In this document: one piece after another, positions 9,920 through 19,296 of the stretch
How positions within the stretch are numbered: position 1 is the stretch's first letter
How the letters are laid out: each line of letters begins with the position of its first letter
Origin: Candidatus Woesearchaeota archaeon
GTDB taxonomy: Archaea; Nanobdellota; Nanobdellia; Woesearchaeales; JAAOYA01
Direction of reading: 5' to 3'
Length of the DNA: 64,000 nucleotides
NCBI GenBank assembly: GCA_018221105.1
Contig: JAAOYA010000008.1
Span: 259,244 to 323,243, forward strand
Translations under genes and position numbers: made by a program
Notes under the pieces: model-generated
Told to the model about the DNA's origin: nothing
The model's database searches: none
The model's input: the letters and a program-made list of their open reading frames with translations, nothing else

Positions 9920-11666
9920 ATTTTTCACTGTCCCACATATCTTTTGGGTTGTCTTCTCTTTTTACTAAGAATTTATCGATTACTAAGTAATCAATTCCTG
10001 TTCCCATCATACACCTGTACGCGTCTTGTGGGGTGCATGCTATTGGTTCACCTCTTATGTTAAATGATGTGTTTATTAATATTGGTATGTCTGTTAGTTT
10101 GCCAAATTCTTTTATTAGATCATAGTACTGTTTGTTTTGATTTCTTCTTATAGATTGTAATCGTCCACTTCCATCAACGTGTGTTACTGCAGGTATCTTT
10201 TTTTGCCATTGTTTTTTTATTGGATAGACCATTAGCATGTAATCTGTTGGTTCTGGTATTGGAATGTCACATTCGAAGTATTTTAGTGCGTCATCGGCGC
10301 ATACTACTGGCGCGAATGGTCTGAATTTTTCGCGGTGTTTTACTTTTAGGTTTAGTACTTCTTGCATTTGTGGGTTTGTAGGGTTTGATAGTATGCTTCT
10401 AGCGCCTAGTGCTCTTGGCCCCCACTCCATGCGGTTTTGAAACCATCCTATTACATTGTTTTGTTGTATTAGTTTTGCTGTTGTTTTGATTAGTTCTTTG
10501 TCGTTTTTGAACTTGTAATATTTTATTTTCATATTTTTTAGAAATTTTTGCACTTGTGCAGTGCTGTATTCTGGTCCTAGGTAAGCGTTTGGCATTACAT
10601 AATTTCTTTTTTTGCCTAGTATTGTGTGATATGCGTAGCTTGCAGCCCCAATACTTGTTCCTCCATCTGAAGGGTTTGGTTGCATCCAGATATTTTTAAA
10701 AGGTGTATTTTTTAGTATTTTGCCGTTGTAGACGCTGTTTAATGCTACACCTCCAGCGAGTACCAGATTATCACATTTTGTTTCTTTGTGTACATGCTGT
10801 AATGTTATTGTTAAAACCTCTTCAAGCAGCATTTGTAGTGCTGCTGCAATGTTTTTATGGCGTTGTGTTAATTCACTTTCAGGTTTTCTGATAGGCCCGT
10901 CTAATAGATCGCATAGTTTTTTTGATGGCATTCTGGCGGCGTAATGATACTTGAAGTATTGCATGTTGAACTGGTAGCTACCATCAGGTTTTATGTCTAT
11001 AACTTTTTTTAATAATCTGTAGTATTTGTTCTTTTTTCTATCCGTTAAACCGTATGGACTTAATCCCATAACTTTGTATTCTGAATTATTGACGCTAAAG
11101 CCAAGATATGCAGTTATTGTAGAATATAATAGTCCTAGCGAGTGCGGAAATTTTATTTCTTTTAATAATGTTATATTGTTTTTTTCTCCGACTCCATAAG
11201 CTGTTGTAGTCCACTCTCCAACACCATCAACCGTTAATATTGCTGCTTTTTTGTAAGGGCTTATTAGAAATGATCCTGCAGCGTGCGCCATGTGATGCTC
11301 AACAAATAATATGTCTTTTTTGTATTTTAGTTTCTTTTTTATTGTTCTGACAACTCGTAGTTTTTCGTTGATCCATGATGGTGTAGAGCTTAGAAATGTT
11401 TTTAGGCTTTTTGGAAATGCTTCTAAGTGCTGGTACAGTAAACGTTCAAATTTAATCATTGGCTTTTCATAAAAGCTTATGTGATCAATATCATTTATTA
11501 TAATATTCTGACTTTCTAAACAATAGTTTATAGCATTTATTGGAAAACTAGTATCGTGCTTTTTTCTAGTGAAACGTTCTTCTTCAGCCGCGGCCACTAT
11601 GACTCCGTCTTTTAATAGTGCTGCTGAAGCATCATGATAGTAACATCCTATTCCTAATATATACAT
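9906..11666 (-). CDS. O-carbamoyltransferase, NodU/CmcH/SxtI family
   Basis: HDASAAL..EEERFTR.KH, HHMAHAA, DGVGE, EYKVMGL, GGVALN, EWGPRALG, HVDGSGRLQ, NTSFN.RGEP. Confidence 0.96.
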   Translation of the reverse strand: MYILGIGCYYHDASAALLKDGVIVAAAEEERFTRKKHDTSFPINAINYCLESQNIIINDIDHISFYEKPMIKFERLLYQHLEAFPKSLKTFLSSTPSWINEKLRVVRTIKKKLKYKKDILFVEHHMAHAAGSFLISPYKKAAILTVDGVGEWTTTAYGVGEKNNITLLKEIKFPHSLGLLYSTITAYLGFSVNNSEYKVMGLSPYGLTDRKKNKYYRLLKKVIDIKPDGSYQFNMQYFKYHYAARMPSKKLCDLLDGPIRKPESELTQRHKNIAAALQMLLEEVLTITLQHVHKETKCDNLVLAGGVALNSVYNGKILKNTPFKNIWMQPNPSDGGTSIGAASYAYHTILGKKRNYVMPNAYLGPEYSTAQVQKFLKNMKIKYYKFKNDKELIKTTAKLIQQNNVIGWFQNRMEWGPRALGARSILSNPTNPQMQEVLNLKVKHREKFRPFAPVVCADDALKYFECDIPIPEPTDYMLMVYPIKKQWQKKIPAVTHVDGSGRLQSIRRNQNKQYYDLIKEFGKLTDIPILINTSFNIRGEPIACTPQDAYRCMMGTGIDYLVIDKFLVKREDNPKDMWDSEKYAKD

Positions 11667-11669
11667 TTT

Positions 11670-11918
11670 CTAAAATTGTCTGTAATACTCTTCTATTGGT
11701 TTTGTTTCAAGATTTAATTCTTGCCAGTAAGTTTTGTTTTTTTTGTTTTGACGTGGCAAGAAAGTTTTTCTAAATAGTTTTGCAGTTATTGAAGTTAATC
11801 CAACTCCAAAAATGTAGACTCCTAAAAGTAATATTGTATTAACGATTATTGCTATGTTTTCACCAAAATATTTGAAACCGTCTTTTATTCCTTTTAGTAA
11901 ATCTTTTAATAAGTTCAT
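11670..11918 (-). CDS. SxtJ-like membrane protein, C-terminal half (82 aa)
   Basis: FG..I..IV...LL..Y..GV, then TYW...YYRQF ending typical of SxtJ family; ATG at 11918 overlaps the upstream TGA. Confidence 0.7.
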   Translation of the reverse strand: MNLLKDLLKGIKDGFKYFGENIAIIVNTILLLGVYIFGVGLTSITAKLFRKTFLPRQNKKNKTYWQELNLETKPIEEYYRQF

Positions 11919-12118
11919 TTTAGTAACCACCGCAATATATATCCTGTAATAGTTATACTGAAAGTTAATAATGCTATGTTGGGGTAACTCCAATTCACTG
12001 GTAACTTGTTTAGAAATAATAACAAATAATATAATATTGTGGTAAAAACAAAGTATGATATTAAAAACCCAGCTCCTAAACCACCATAATATATCAGTTT
12101 ATTTTCTTCTACGTGCAT
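11915..12118 (-). CDS. Small two-TM membrane protein, possibly the N-terminal half of a split SxtJ
   Basis: 67 aa with two hydrophobic segments; TTTATAAA about 22 nt upstream; ATGA coupling to the next gene. Confidence 0.65.
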   Translation of the reverse strand: MHVEENKLIYYGGLGAGFLISYFVFTTILYYLLLFLNKLPVNWSYPNIALLTFSITITGYILRWLLK

Positions 12119-12228
12119 AAAACTAGCGTAAGAGACTTATTTATAAAGTTTATCCTTAAGCAAGAATAACAATAAAAATAACGGCCAGTTATAAACAAAA
12201 GACTTATAAAAAGCACAAAAACAATAAA

Positions 12229-12393
12229 ATGATGGCAAAAAATAAGGGATTACTGGGCGAGTCGTGGGATTTTTTAAGAGTGCGGAAAAAATACTGGTTA
12301 CTACCAATACTGTTACTACTGGTACTAGTTGGAGCATTAATAATACTAGGCCAAAGCAGCGCACTATCACCATTTATATACGCACTATTTTAA
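12229..12393 (+). CDS. SxtK/DUF5989-like small membrane protein (54 aa; absent from ORF track)
   Basis: Translates as MMAKNKGLLGESWDFLRVRKKYWLLPILLLLVLVGALIILGQSSALSPFIYALF; W.FL..RKK.WL.P and PFIY.LF are the family signature. Confidence 0.9.
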   Translation: MMAKNKGLLGESWDFLRVRKKYWLLPILLLLVLVGALIILGQSSALSPFIYALF

Positions 12394-12395
12394 AA

Positions 12396-13226
12396 ATGAA
12401 CATAAAAAAAAGTATTAGTGGCTACTTATATAAAAATTTTTTAGTAATGAGAAATTGTAAAAAAGAAAGGCTAAAATACTTATTTTTATTAACAAAATTT
12501 ACGTTAAAAAGACGTCTGAACTCGTTTTTTAGATTGAACATAAAAAAAGAAAAATTGAATGGTAATATAATAAGATTTCAAACATACCACCAGTTTTATG
12601 GATCATTTTGTGATGTTTTTTTAGAAAAACAGAATTTTTTTTTAGCTGATAATAATAAACCAATAATATTTGACATTGGCGGCAATCTTGGAATGACTAC
12701 TCTTTATTTTAAGAAATTGTATCCAAATTCAAAAATAACAATTATCGAACCAGATCCTTTAAATATTGAAGACATAAAGCACAATATAAAAAATTTAAAA
12801 GATGTGAATATTCTAGAGATTGCTGTAAGTAAAAGAAAAGGAACTACTTATTTTTTTAGGGACAAAAATCCTCGTTTAACTGGTGGAAGCTTAGTAAAAA
12901 ATCAAACTAATAAAGAAAAAATTACTGTTAAAACGCAGAAACTTTCAAAATTAATACCCCGAAATATTGATTATTTAAAACTTGACATTGAAGGAAGCGA
13001 ATCTGAAGTCATTGAAGAAATGAATAAAAACTTGGGAAAAAGTTTTTCAATTAAAAATATCTTTATAGAGTTTCACTATAACCAATTAGTAAAAAATAAT
13101 AAACTATCTAACATTATATCATTTTTAGAAAAAAGAAACTTTGAATATATTATTGAATCAAGAATGAAATCCCCTTATAAAAAAGAAAAAGCCTTCGGAT
13201 TGAATATTTTTGCATATAAAAAATAA
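12396..13226 (+). CDS. FkbM family methyltransferase
   Basis: FDIGGNLG, IEPDP, LKLDIEGSE, IEFH. Start moved to ATG 12396 because the upstream region encodes the DUF5989 gene. Confidence 0.9.
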   Translation: MNIKKSISGYLYKNFLVMRNCKKERLKYLFLLTKFTLKRRLNSFFRLNIKKEKLNGNIIRFQTYHQFYGSFCDVFLEKQNFFLADNNKPIIFDIGGNLGMTTLYFKKLYPNSKITIIEPDPLNIEDIKHNIKNLKDVNILEIAVSKRKGTTYFFRDKNPRLTGGSLVKNQTNKEKITVKTQKLSKLIPRNIDYLKLDIEGSESEVIEEMNKNLGKSFSIKNIFIEFHYNQLVKNNKLSNIISFLEKRNFEYIIESRMKSPYKKEKAFGLNIFAYKK

Positions 13227-13243
13227 AAGTTGAAGCTATTAAA

Positions 13244-14131
13244 ATGAAAACATGGGTCAAAAAAAGATTATTAAACCGTCACAAGTGCCAAATCATAAAT
13301 AACTCGTTAATTTGTACTACGTTCTTAACCAACCCGATGAAAAAAGAAGTTAAAATTAGCCATAAATATCTAAAAACATGCAAAAAAAACATTCAAGAGT
13401 TATATGAAAGAGAATCATTAAATCCGAATATTGAAATGCTTTTAGATTTCATTAAAAGGTTAAAAAAGGAGAAAATTCTTAAAAAAAAGAGCAATATTTT
13501 AGAGCTTGGCGGAGGCATGGGATGGTTCAGCACTCAACTAGCAACCAATAGTGATCATGTAGTTTTTACTGATATAACACAAGGACATTTAACAATTGCT
13601 AAACAATACCAAAAACTGAAAAATGTTAATTTTGAAACTTCACTAATTCCAATGCAAAACATAAACTCTGTTTTTAAGGAAAACAGCTTTGATTTAGTGT
13701 TTGTTAGTGCAGCACTACATCATTGCAGTAACTTAAAAGAAGTTTACAAAAATGTAGCAAAAGTGTTAAAATCAAAAGGCAAATTTTTTGTTTTGTGTGA
13801 GCCAATGGTAGGATTATTTTATAAAAATAAAGAAATTGAACATGTTGCAAATAAAGGAGCACAAGATGTTCCTTATACTATTAGAAACTATTTAAAAGCC
13901 TCAAATGACTTTTTTGATTATGAACTTGAAGTATCAAAAACCGTGCTATACTATAAAAAAAATATTAATAAAATAAGATCCTCAAAAATTTTAAAAAAAC
14001 TTTTTATATTAAGCAATAAAATTTTAACTGAAAAATCTATCAACAACTTTTTTTTCAAAAAAGTTTATTTTACTTTTGCTTACTTTTTTGGAAGAGTTCC
14101 AGTAAACATAATACTAACAAAAAAAACATGA
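13244..14131 (+). CDS. Class I SAM-dependent methyltransferase
   Basis: ILELGGGMG, FTDI, SFDLV...ALHH, VLKSKG...EP; start uncertain. Confidence 0.87.
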   Translation: MKTWVKKRLLNRHKCQIINNSLICTTFLTNPMKKEVKISHKYLKTCKKNIQELYERESLNPNIEMLLDFIKRLKKEKILKKKSNILELGGGMGWFSTQLATNSDHVVFTDITQGHLTIAKQYQKLKNVNFETSLIPMQNINSVFKENSFDLVFVSAALHHCSNLKEVYKNVAKVLKSKGKFFVLCEPMVGLFYKNKEIEHVANKGAQDVPYTIRNYLKASNDFFDYELEVSKTVLYYKKNINKIRSSKILKKLFILSNKILTEKSINNFFFKKVYFTFAYFFGRVPVNIILTKKT

Positions 14132-15303
14132 AAAAAGCAATTTGGATAGAACAAGACGTTTCAACAGCAGGATTTTTGAAAGAAACAATTCCTGCTGTAA
14201 TAAAAAGAAACAATATAAAAATTATTTTTATAAATCATGAAAGTAGAAGAAAATATTTTAATATTTTTAATAAACAAATCAACCCAAAATTCTTTGAAAA
14301 TTTTTGTTTTGATATAAAAAGATTTTATTACTTAAAACTACCTTTCAAAATTAAAAAGTTTCTTAACAAAAAAAAGATTTCAAAGAAAGATATAAATTTT
14401 TTATTTGTTGAAAGCCCAACTTATTCTTTTATTAGTGCAAAAATACTAAAGTTTTTCATAAAAAAACCAATAATTGTAAGATTAGGAATATTACCTATAG
14501 AATATGCAAAATATTCTTTTAAAAAAAATAAAATAACATATCCTTTCAAATTGATAGCCTTAAAGATTATGCTTTATGTAAATTATCGTTTAATAGATCT
14601 TTTTGTAGTCAATAATAAACTGATAGCTAATGACATAAAAAAGATATATAAACGGGCCAATATTGAAATTATTCCATCTTGTGGAGTTAATATAAAGAAT
14701 TTTTTCCCAGTGAGTAAGGAAAAGAAAAAAAAATTAAGAGAAAAACTTAATTTGCCACAAAAAAAAATTATAGGGGTTTATTCTGGAAGATTAGCAATAG
14801 AAAAAGCAGGAATTCTTTCACTAGTGGAGCTATCGAAATGGCTTGAAGAAAAAAATATGTTATTAGTATTTATCGGTCATGGTCCGCTTGAGAAAAAAAT
14901 CAAAGATATGATAAAATCTAGAAACATAAATAATATTATCTTAACAGGTTTTCTAACATCAAGGGATAAAACAGTTCCATATTTACAGGCTGCAGATGTT
15001 TACATACAACCTTCACTGGCTGAAGGTCATGGAGTAGCTCCTCTAGAAGCAATGGCATGCAAAATTCCTGTTATTTCAACAGTGGTAGGCGGATTACAAT
15101 ATTCTATAAATAACAAAAGAAACTATGTGGTTAGCCAACCAAAAAAGCCAGAATCTTATAAAAAAGCTATTAATTCATTTTTAAATTCCGCAAAAGAAGA
15201 AATAAACACAAAAATCGCTTCTTCATACAATTGGGTTTTAGAGAATCACTCCCAAGAAAATATAGAAAAAAAATGGGAAAAAGTAATAAAACAATTAAAT
15301 TAA
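14128..15303 (+). CDS. Glycosyltransferase family 4
   Basis: GRLAIEK, GHGP and PSLAEGHGVAPLEAMAC motifs. Confidence 0.92.
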   Translation: MKKAIWIEQDVSTAGFLKETIPAVIKRNNIKIIFINHESRRKYFNIFNKQINPKFFENFCFDIKRFYYLKLPFKIKKFLNKKKISKKDINFLFVESPTYSFISAKILKFFIKKPIIVRLGILPIEYAKYSFKKNKITYPFKLIALKIMLYVNYRLIDLFVVNNKLIANDIKKIYKRANIEIIPSCGVNIKNFFPVSKEKKKKLREKLNLPQKKIIGVYSGRLAIEKAGILSLVELSKWLEEKNMLLVFIGHGPLEKKIKDMIKSRNINNIILTGFLTSRDKTVPYLQAADVYIQPSLAEGHGVAPLEAMACKIPVISTVVGGLQYSINNKRNYVVSQPKKPESYKKAINSFLNSAKEEINTKIASSYNWVLENHSQENIEKKWEKVIKQLN

Positions 15304-15403
15304 TATCTACTTATAAAAAAAGACAATAACTTTAAATATACCATTTTGTCTTTAAAATAAATAACAACAGTCAATATCTCAGAAAGTAGATGACTATAAA
15401 AAA

Positions 15404-16168
15404 ATGAAAAATATTACATTATCAGGTTTAATTTTAACACATAATAATTCTCGCACAATAAAACAATGCATAAACTCTATAAAAAGTATCGTTGATGAAT
15501 TAGTGATTATCGATGATTATTCTACCGATGATACCTTAAAAATTATCAAGAAACTTTATCCAAAATTTAAGGTCCATAAACGAAAATTAAATAATAATTT
15601 TGCTGCTCAAAGAAATTTTGCTTTAACAAAAGTAGAAAATGACTGGGTTTTGTTTATTGACTCTGATGAAGTGATAAGTCAAGCATTAAAAAAAGAAATA
15701 ATGAAAGTATTAAAAAACCCAACATTTGATGCTTATACTTCAAGGCGTGATAATCAAGCTTTTGATTTTTTTATAAAAAGTACTTCTGGAAGACCAATAC
15801 TATTAAAAAAACATTTGAAGTTTAAAGGTCGTGTTCACGAAAATGTTGAAAACATAAAATTTGGTTATTTGAAAAACTCTTTATTACACTTATCCTGGAT
15901 TGATGCTAAAGACTGGATTAATGATTTGAATCGTTATTCTTTTTATTATGCTAACAAGTGGTATAAAGAAAAAAGAAAATATAATCGTTTTCACTTATTT
16001 TTAATTGGTGGTGTTTTGCCCTTTTTTTGGTTTTTTAAGCTTTACTTATATGATGGTCGCTGGAGAGGTAAAATACCTGCGATGCTTTACTGCCTTGCTT
16101 GGTCTATTCAGTGGACTTTTACTGCTTTAAAGTTTTACGAACTAAAATACATCAATAACAAATCATAG
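15404..16168 (+). CDS. Glycosyltransferase family 2
   Basis: DDYSTDDT, FAAQRN, DSDE, F.GRVHE (WaaE/KdtX-like pattern). Confidence 0.92.
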   Translation: MKNITLSGLILTHNNSRTIKQCINSIKSIVDELVIIDDYSTDDTLKIIKKLYPKFKVHKRKLNNNFAAQRNFALTKVENDWVLFIDSDEVISQALKKEIMKVLKNPTFDAYTSRRDNQAFDFFIKSTSGRPILLKKHLKFKGRVHENVENIKFGYLKNSLLHLSWIDAKDWINDLNRYSFYYANKWYKEKRKYNRFHLFLIGGVLPFFWFFKLYLYDGRWRGKIPAMLYCLAWSIQWTFTALKFYELKYINNKS

Positions 16169-17602
16169 TTTTAATTTATGTTTTGAATAACTGATTACTT
16201 GTTTTATAAACTCTTTATCTTCTTTCTCTATTTTTAAAGCAAACAATACTAAAAAGTATGTTATTGCGCCTATTGGCACAATATACCATATAGCAATTTG
16301 TTTAAATGAATAGACTACAAGCCCCATTATTATTGTTGCGCCGACGCTTTTAATTAATGGTTTTGAAAATTTAATTGGCACTAAAAATTTTGTTACATAA
16401 TAGCGAAAAATCATAAAATTAAATAATTCTGTAAAAACAGTGGATATTGCTGCTCCCGCATACGAATATTTTGGTATTAGTAAAAAGTTCAAAACAACAT
16501 TTAATACTAACGCAATTGCTGAAGTTCTCATAAAATATTTTTGCTTGTCGGTTGAGAGTAACAAAGTACCCATTAAAAAATTAACAAATATGAATGCTTC
16601 AGCCCAAATAAGTATTTGAAGTGATAAACTTCCACCAATAAATGATTCTCCATAAATAAAATCTATAAAACGATCTGCCAGTATGAATGTTCCAATACTT
16701 ATTGGCATTGCTAACATTGCAAGATAACGAAATATTCTTAAAAATAATATTTTTAATGTTTTTTTATTGTGTTTGTATAATTTTGACATTGATGGCATTA
16801 TCGCAGTGATTATTATGGATGGAAAAACTGTTAGAACATCAATTAGACGATATGCGGAATTGTACCATCCTGTTACAGCATCACCTTTCATAAATGATAG
16901 CATTATAGTGTCTACTCTAAAGTATATGAATAAAAAAGTTGTTGATAAAAAAAATGGAAATCCTTGGATTATTAATTTTTTATAAGCTTCGATATCTTTG
17001 CTTAATCGTATTTTTATTTTACTCTTTGCATTTGCTAATAAATAAGAAAATTTTACAAAATTTGACAGTACTAAAACTAAAACAAACAGTATTAGTGATT
17101 GCGTTTTTAACAAAATATAGATTCCGAGCGATACTGCGACTATTCTTTCAAGTATCAAAGACTTTGCATTAAAGTCCATTCTGTTATGAGTATGAAAAAG
17201 ACTTAGTAGAAAACCACTAGTTAAAACCAAAAATTGTACTAGTGCTGCAAGCCATAAAGCTTTAATCACTACTGGATCCTTGTTGAAAAAAAACGATAAT
17301 GATATTGTTAAAAGTATTGCTACGACCCCCATTAATAGTTTTATTGAAAAAATATTTTCAAAATAGTATTGAATCTTTTTTTTTGTTCTGCTAACTTGTA
17401 TCAAAAAAACACTATTTAATCCCATGTCAGCAATAATAAATGTTATTGTTACAACTGCAAAAATAAAAGAGTATTGTCCTAATCCCACATCTCCTAGTGT
17501 TCTAGCAATTACTATTATTAAAAAATATCCAACAAAATAGTAGAATGCTTTAGCAGCTGTCAACCATAAAGTGTTTTTGACTAGTGTTTTTTTTAGTGAC
17601 AT
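16163..17602 (-). CDS. Wzx/RfbX-type oligosaccharide flippase (MOP family)
   Basis: About 14 hydrophobic segments; IARTLG...GQYSF, DMGL, RVDTIML, GWYNSAYR, LIPKY...GAAIST. Confidence 0.92.
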   Translation of the reverse strand: MSLKKTLVKNTLWLTAAKAFYYFVGYFLIIVIARTLGDVGLGQYSFIFAVVTITFIIADMGLNSVFLIQVSRTKKKIQYYFENIFSIKLLMGVVAILLTISLSFFFNKDPVVIKALWLAALVQFLVLTSGFLLSLFHTHNRMDFNAKSLILERIVAVSLGIYILLKTQSLILFVLVLVLSNFVKFSYLLANAKSKIKIRLSKDIEAYKKLIIQGFPFFLSTTFLFIYFRVDTIMLSFMKGDAVTGWYNSAYRLIDVLTVFPSIIITAIMPSMSKLYKHNKKTLKILFLRIFRYLAMLAMPISIGTFILADRFIDFIYGESFIGGSLSLQILIWAEAFIFVNFLMGTLLLSTDKQKYFMRTSAIALVLNVVLNFLLIPKYSYAGAAISTVFTELFNFMIFRYYVTKFLVPIKFSKPLIKSVGATIIMGLVVYSFKQIAIWYIVPIGAITYFLVLFALKIEKEDKEFIKQVISYSKHKLKL

Positions 17603-17612
17603 TTTAATTTTT

Positions 17613-18308
17613 TTATTTTATTGCTTCAATATACATCGTATCGGCTTTGTTCCAAGAGTCAAAATTCCAGTTTTTAACTGATGATTTGTTATAAGACATT
17701 TTTTTTATTTTTTTAAAGCCTGTTTTTTGCAACAAGAATTTTGTCGCATTATAATCATAGATGAATTCGTGCTCGCCACCTTGCTTGAATAATTGGTTTA
17801 GTATTTCCATTTGTCGCGTTTGAGAATATTTTATTGGTTCTGGCTGGTTAAAATTCAGCTTTCCTTTAAGGTATTCTTTTGCGTAGACTTCAAAATCAGG
17901 CATTGCAAACCGTAGTACACCACCATTTTTTAGTATTCTGTGAGCCTCTTTTAATGAGTATATTGCTTTTTTATCAAAACTGATGTGTTCAAAGACATGC
18001 TCGTGAAAAATAACGTCTAAAGAATTGTTTTTAAAAGGGTGTTTTTTTGTGATGTCTAAAAAAATGTCTCCATGAAATAGGTCTGTGTTTAACCAGTTCT
18101 TTTTTTTTATTTGGTTTAGTCCACAACCAATGTGTAAGTATTGTTTTTTTTGTGCTAAAAACTTTTTTATTACTTTTCGTCTTTTGAATAGTATGTTGTA
18201 ATTTTTTCTAAAATATACATATATTTCTAAAACATGGAGCTTTTCTTTTAGAAAATTTTTTGTTTTCTTAGGTAACAATTTACCAAAGTAAGGTATTAGC
18301 TTAGTCAC
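17613..18308 (-). CDS. SAM-dependent methyltransferase
   Basis: LHIGCG, W.NTD, HVFEH, RILKNGG..R...PD. Confidence 0.88.
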   Translation of the reverse strand: MTKLIPYFGKLLPKKTKNFLKEKLHVLEIYVYFRKNYNILFKRRKVIKKFLAQKKQYLHIGCGLNQIKKKNWLNTDLFHGDIFLDITKKHPFKNNSLDVIFHEHVFEHISFDKKAIYSLKEAHRILKNGGVLRFAMPDFEVYAKEYLKGKLNFNQPEPIKYSQTRQMEILNQLFKQGGEHEFIYDYNATKFLLQKTGFKKIKKMSYNKSSVKNWNFDSWNKADTMYIEAIK

Positions 18309-19026
18309 CGCTTAAACCTCTCCATTGTTTTATTGCTTTTTCATAGCGTTCTGGCGTTCCAGTATCAAACCATTGACCTTTAAATTTGTAGGCATAGAGT
18401 TGTCCTTTTTTTGCTAGTTGTGGAAAAACATGTTTTTCATACATTGCAAAACCTTCAGGTATTACATCAACAACTTCTGATTGCCATATTGATAATCCAG
18501 AATTTATTAAATTACTGGGAGCTTGTTCTAATGTTGGTTTTTCAATAAAATCTAATATTTTATTATTTTCTAATTTTGCAACACCGTATTGTGTTGGGTC
18601 TTGTACGCTTGTAAGAGCAACTGTTATTTTTGCATCTGTTTTTTTGTGATGTTCGTACATTTCGTCTAGCTTTATGTCTTTTAGTTCATCACCGTTGGTT
18701 ACTATAAAAGGCTCTCTTAAATATTTTCTTGCTAGTTTTATTGCTCCGGCACTGCCTGCGGGTTCTTTTTCTTCAATATAAGTTATAGTAACACCCCATT
18801 TTTTTCCATCGCCAAAATAGTTTTGTATTTTGTCAGCCATGTGCCCAACAGAAAAAATATAATTTGTTATATCATATTTTTTAAAAAGCTCAAACAGGTG
18901 TTCTGTCACTGTTTTGCCTTGCACTGGCAGTAATGCTTTTGGTATTTCATAAGTTACAGGCCTAAAACGTGTTCCTTTACCCCCTAATAAAAACACTGCT
19001 GTTTTAGGTATTTTTTGACTACTCAT
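18301..19026 (-). CDS. Sugar-1-phosphate nucleotidyltransferase (NTP_transferase, no LbH domain)
   Basis: GGKGTRFRP.T..PKAL, NGD, YGV, EKP, WFDTGT; AGGAG Shine-Dalgarno upstream. Confidence 0.9.
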   Translation of the reverse strand: MSSQKIPKTAVFLLGGKGTRFRPVTYEIPKALLPVQGKTVTEHLFELFKKYDITNYIFSVGHMADKIQNYFGDGKKWGVTITYIEEKEPAGSAGAIKLARKYLREPFIVTNGDELKDIKLDEMYEHHKKTDAKITVALTSVQDPTQYGVAKLENNKILDFIEKPTLEQAPSNLINSGLSIWQSEVVDVIPEGFAMYEKHVFPQLAKKGQLYAYKFKGQWFDTGTPERYEKAIKQWRGLSGD

Positions 19027-19147
19027 TTTTTATTCTCCTTAAAAGCTTGTTTGAACGTATATTTTATAGTTTTTTAGCACTCTAAAACACTATCTAGTAC
19101 TGTTATTTAAATACTTTATTATTTTTTCTCGACGACAAACAGTAAAC

Positions 19148-19166
19148 AGTAAGCTTTTTAAATAAA
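19148..19166 (+). promoter_or_regulatory. TATA box/BRE for the 5S rRNA gene
   Basis: TTTTTAAATA at 19155-19164, about 20 nt before the 5S 5' end. Confidence 0.55.
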
Positions 19167-19183
19167 TTGAGTATTCTAGTCTT

Positions 19184-19296
19184 TGAACGGCCATAGGGGT
19201 TTGGTTTACCTGGTCTCATTTCGAACCCAGAAGTCAAGCAAACTTCCGTTTCTGGTAGTACTGCGTTTTTGCGTGGGAGCCCAGAAAAGCTGTTCA
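19184..19296 (+). rRNA. rrf: 5S ribosomal RNA
   Basis: Terminal helix TGAACGGC/GCTGTTCA; conserved CGGCCATAG, CTCATTTCGAACCCAGAAGTCAAGC (loop C), AGTACT and TGGGA (loop E region). Confidence 0.93.

Noticed and set aside
7631-12393. Saxitoxin biosynthesis
   Set aside because: Only SxtI/J/K/L-like families are present; no sxtA, sxtG or other core genes, and the context is glycan synthesis.
12264-12395. N-terminal extension of the FkbM ORF and the 12137-12373 minus-strand ORF
   Set aside because: The region is explained by the DUF5989 gene in another frame.
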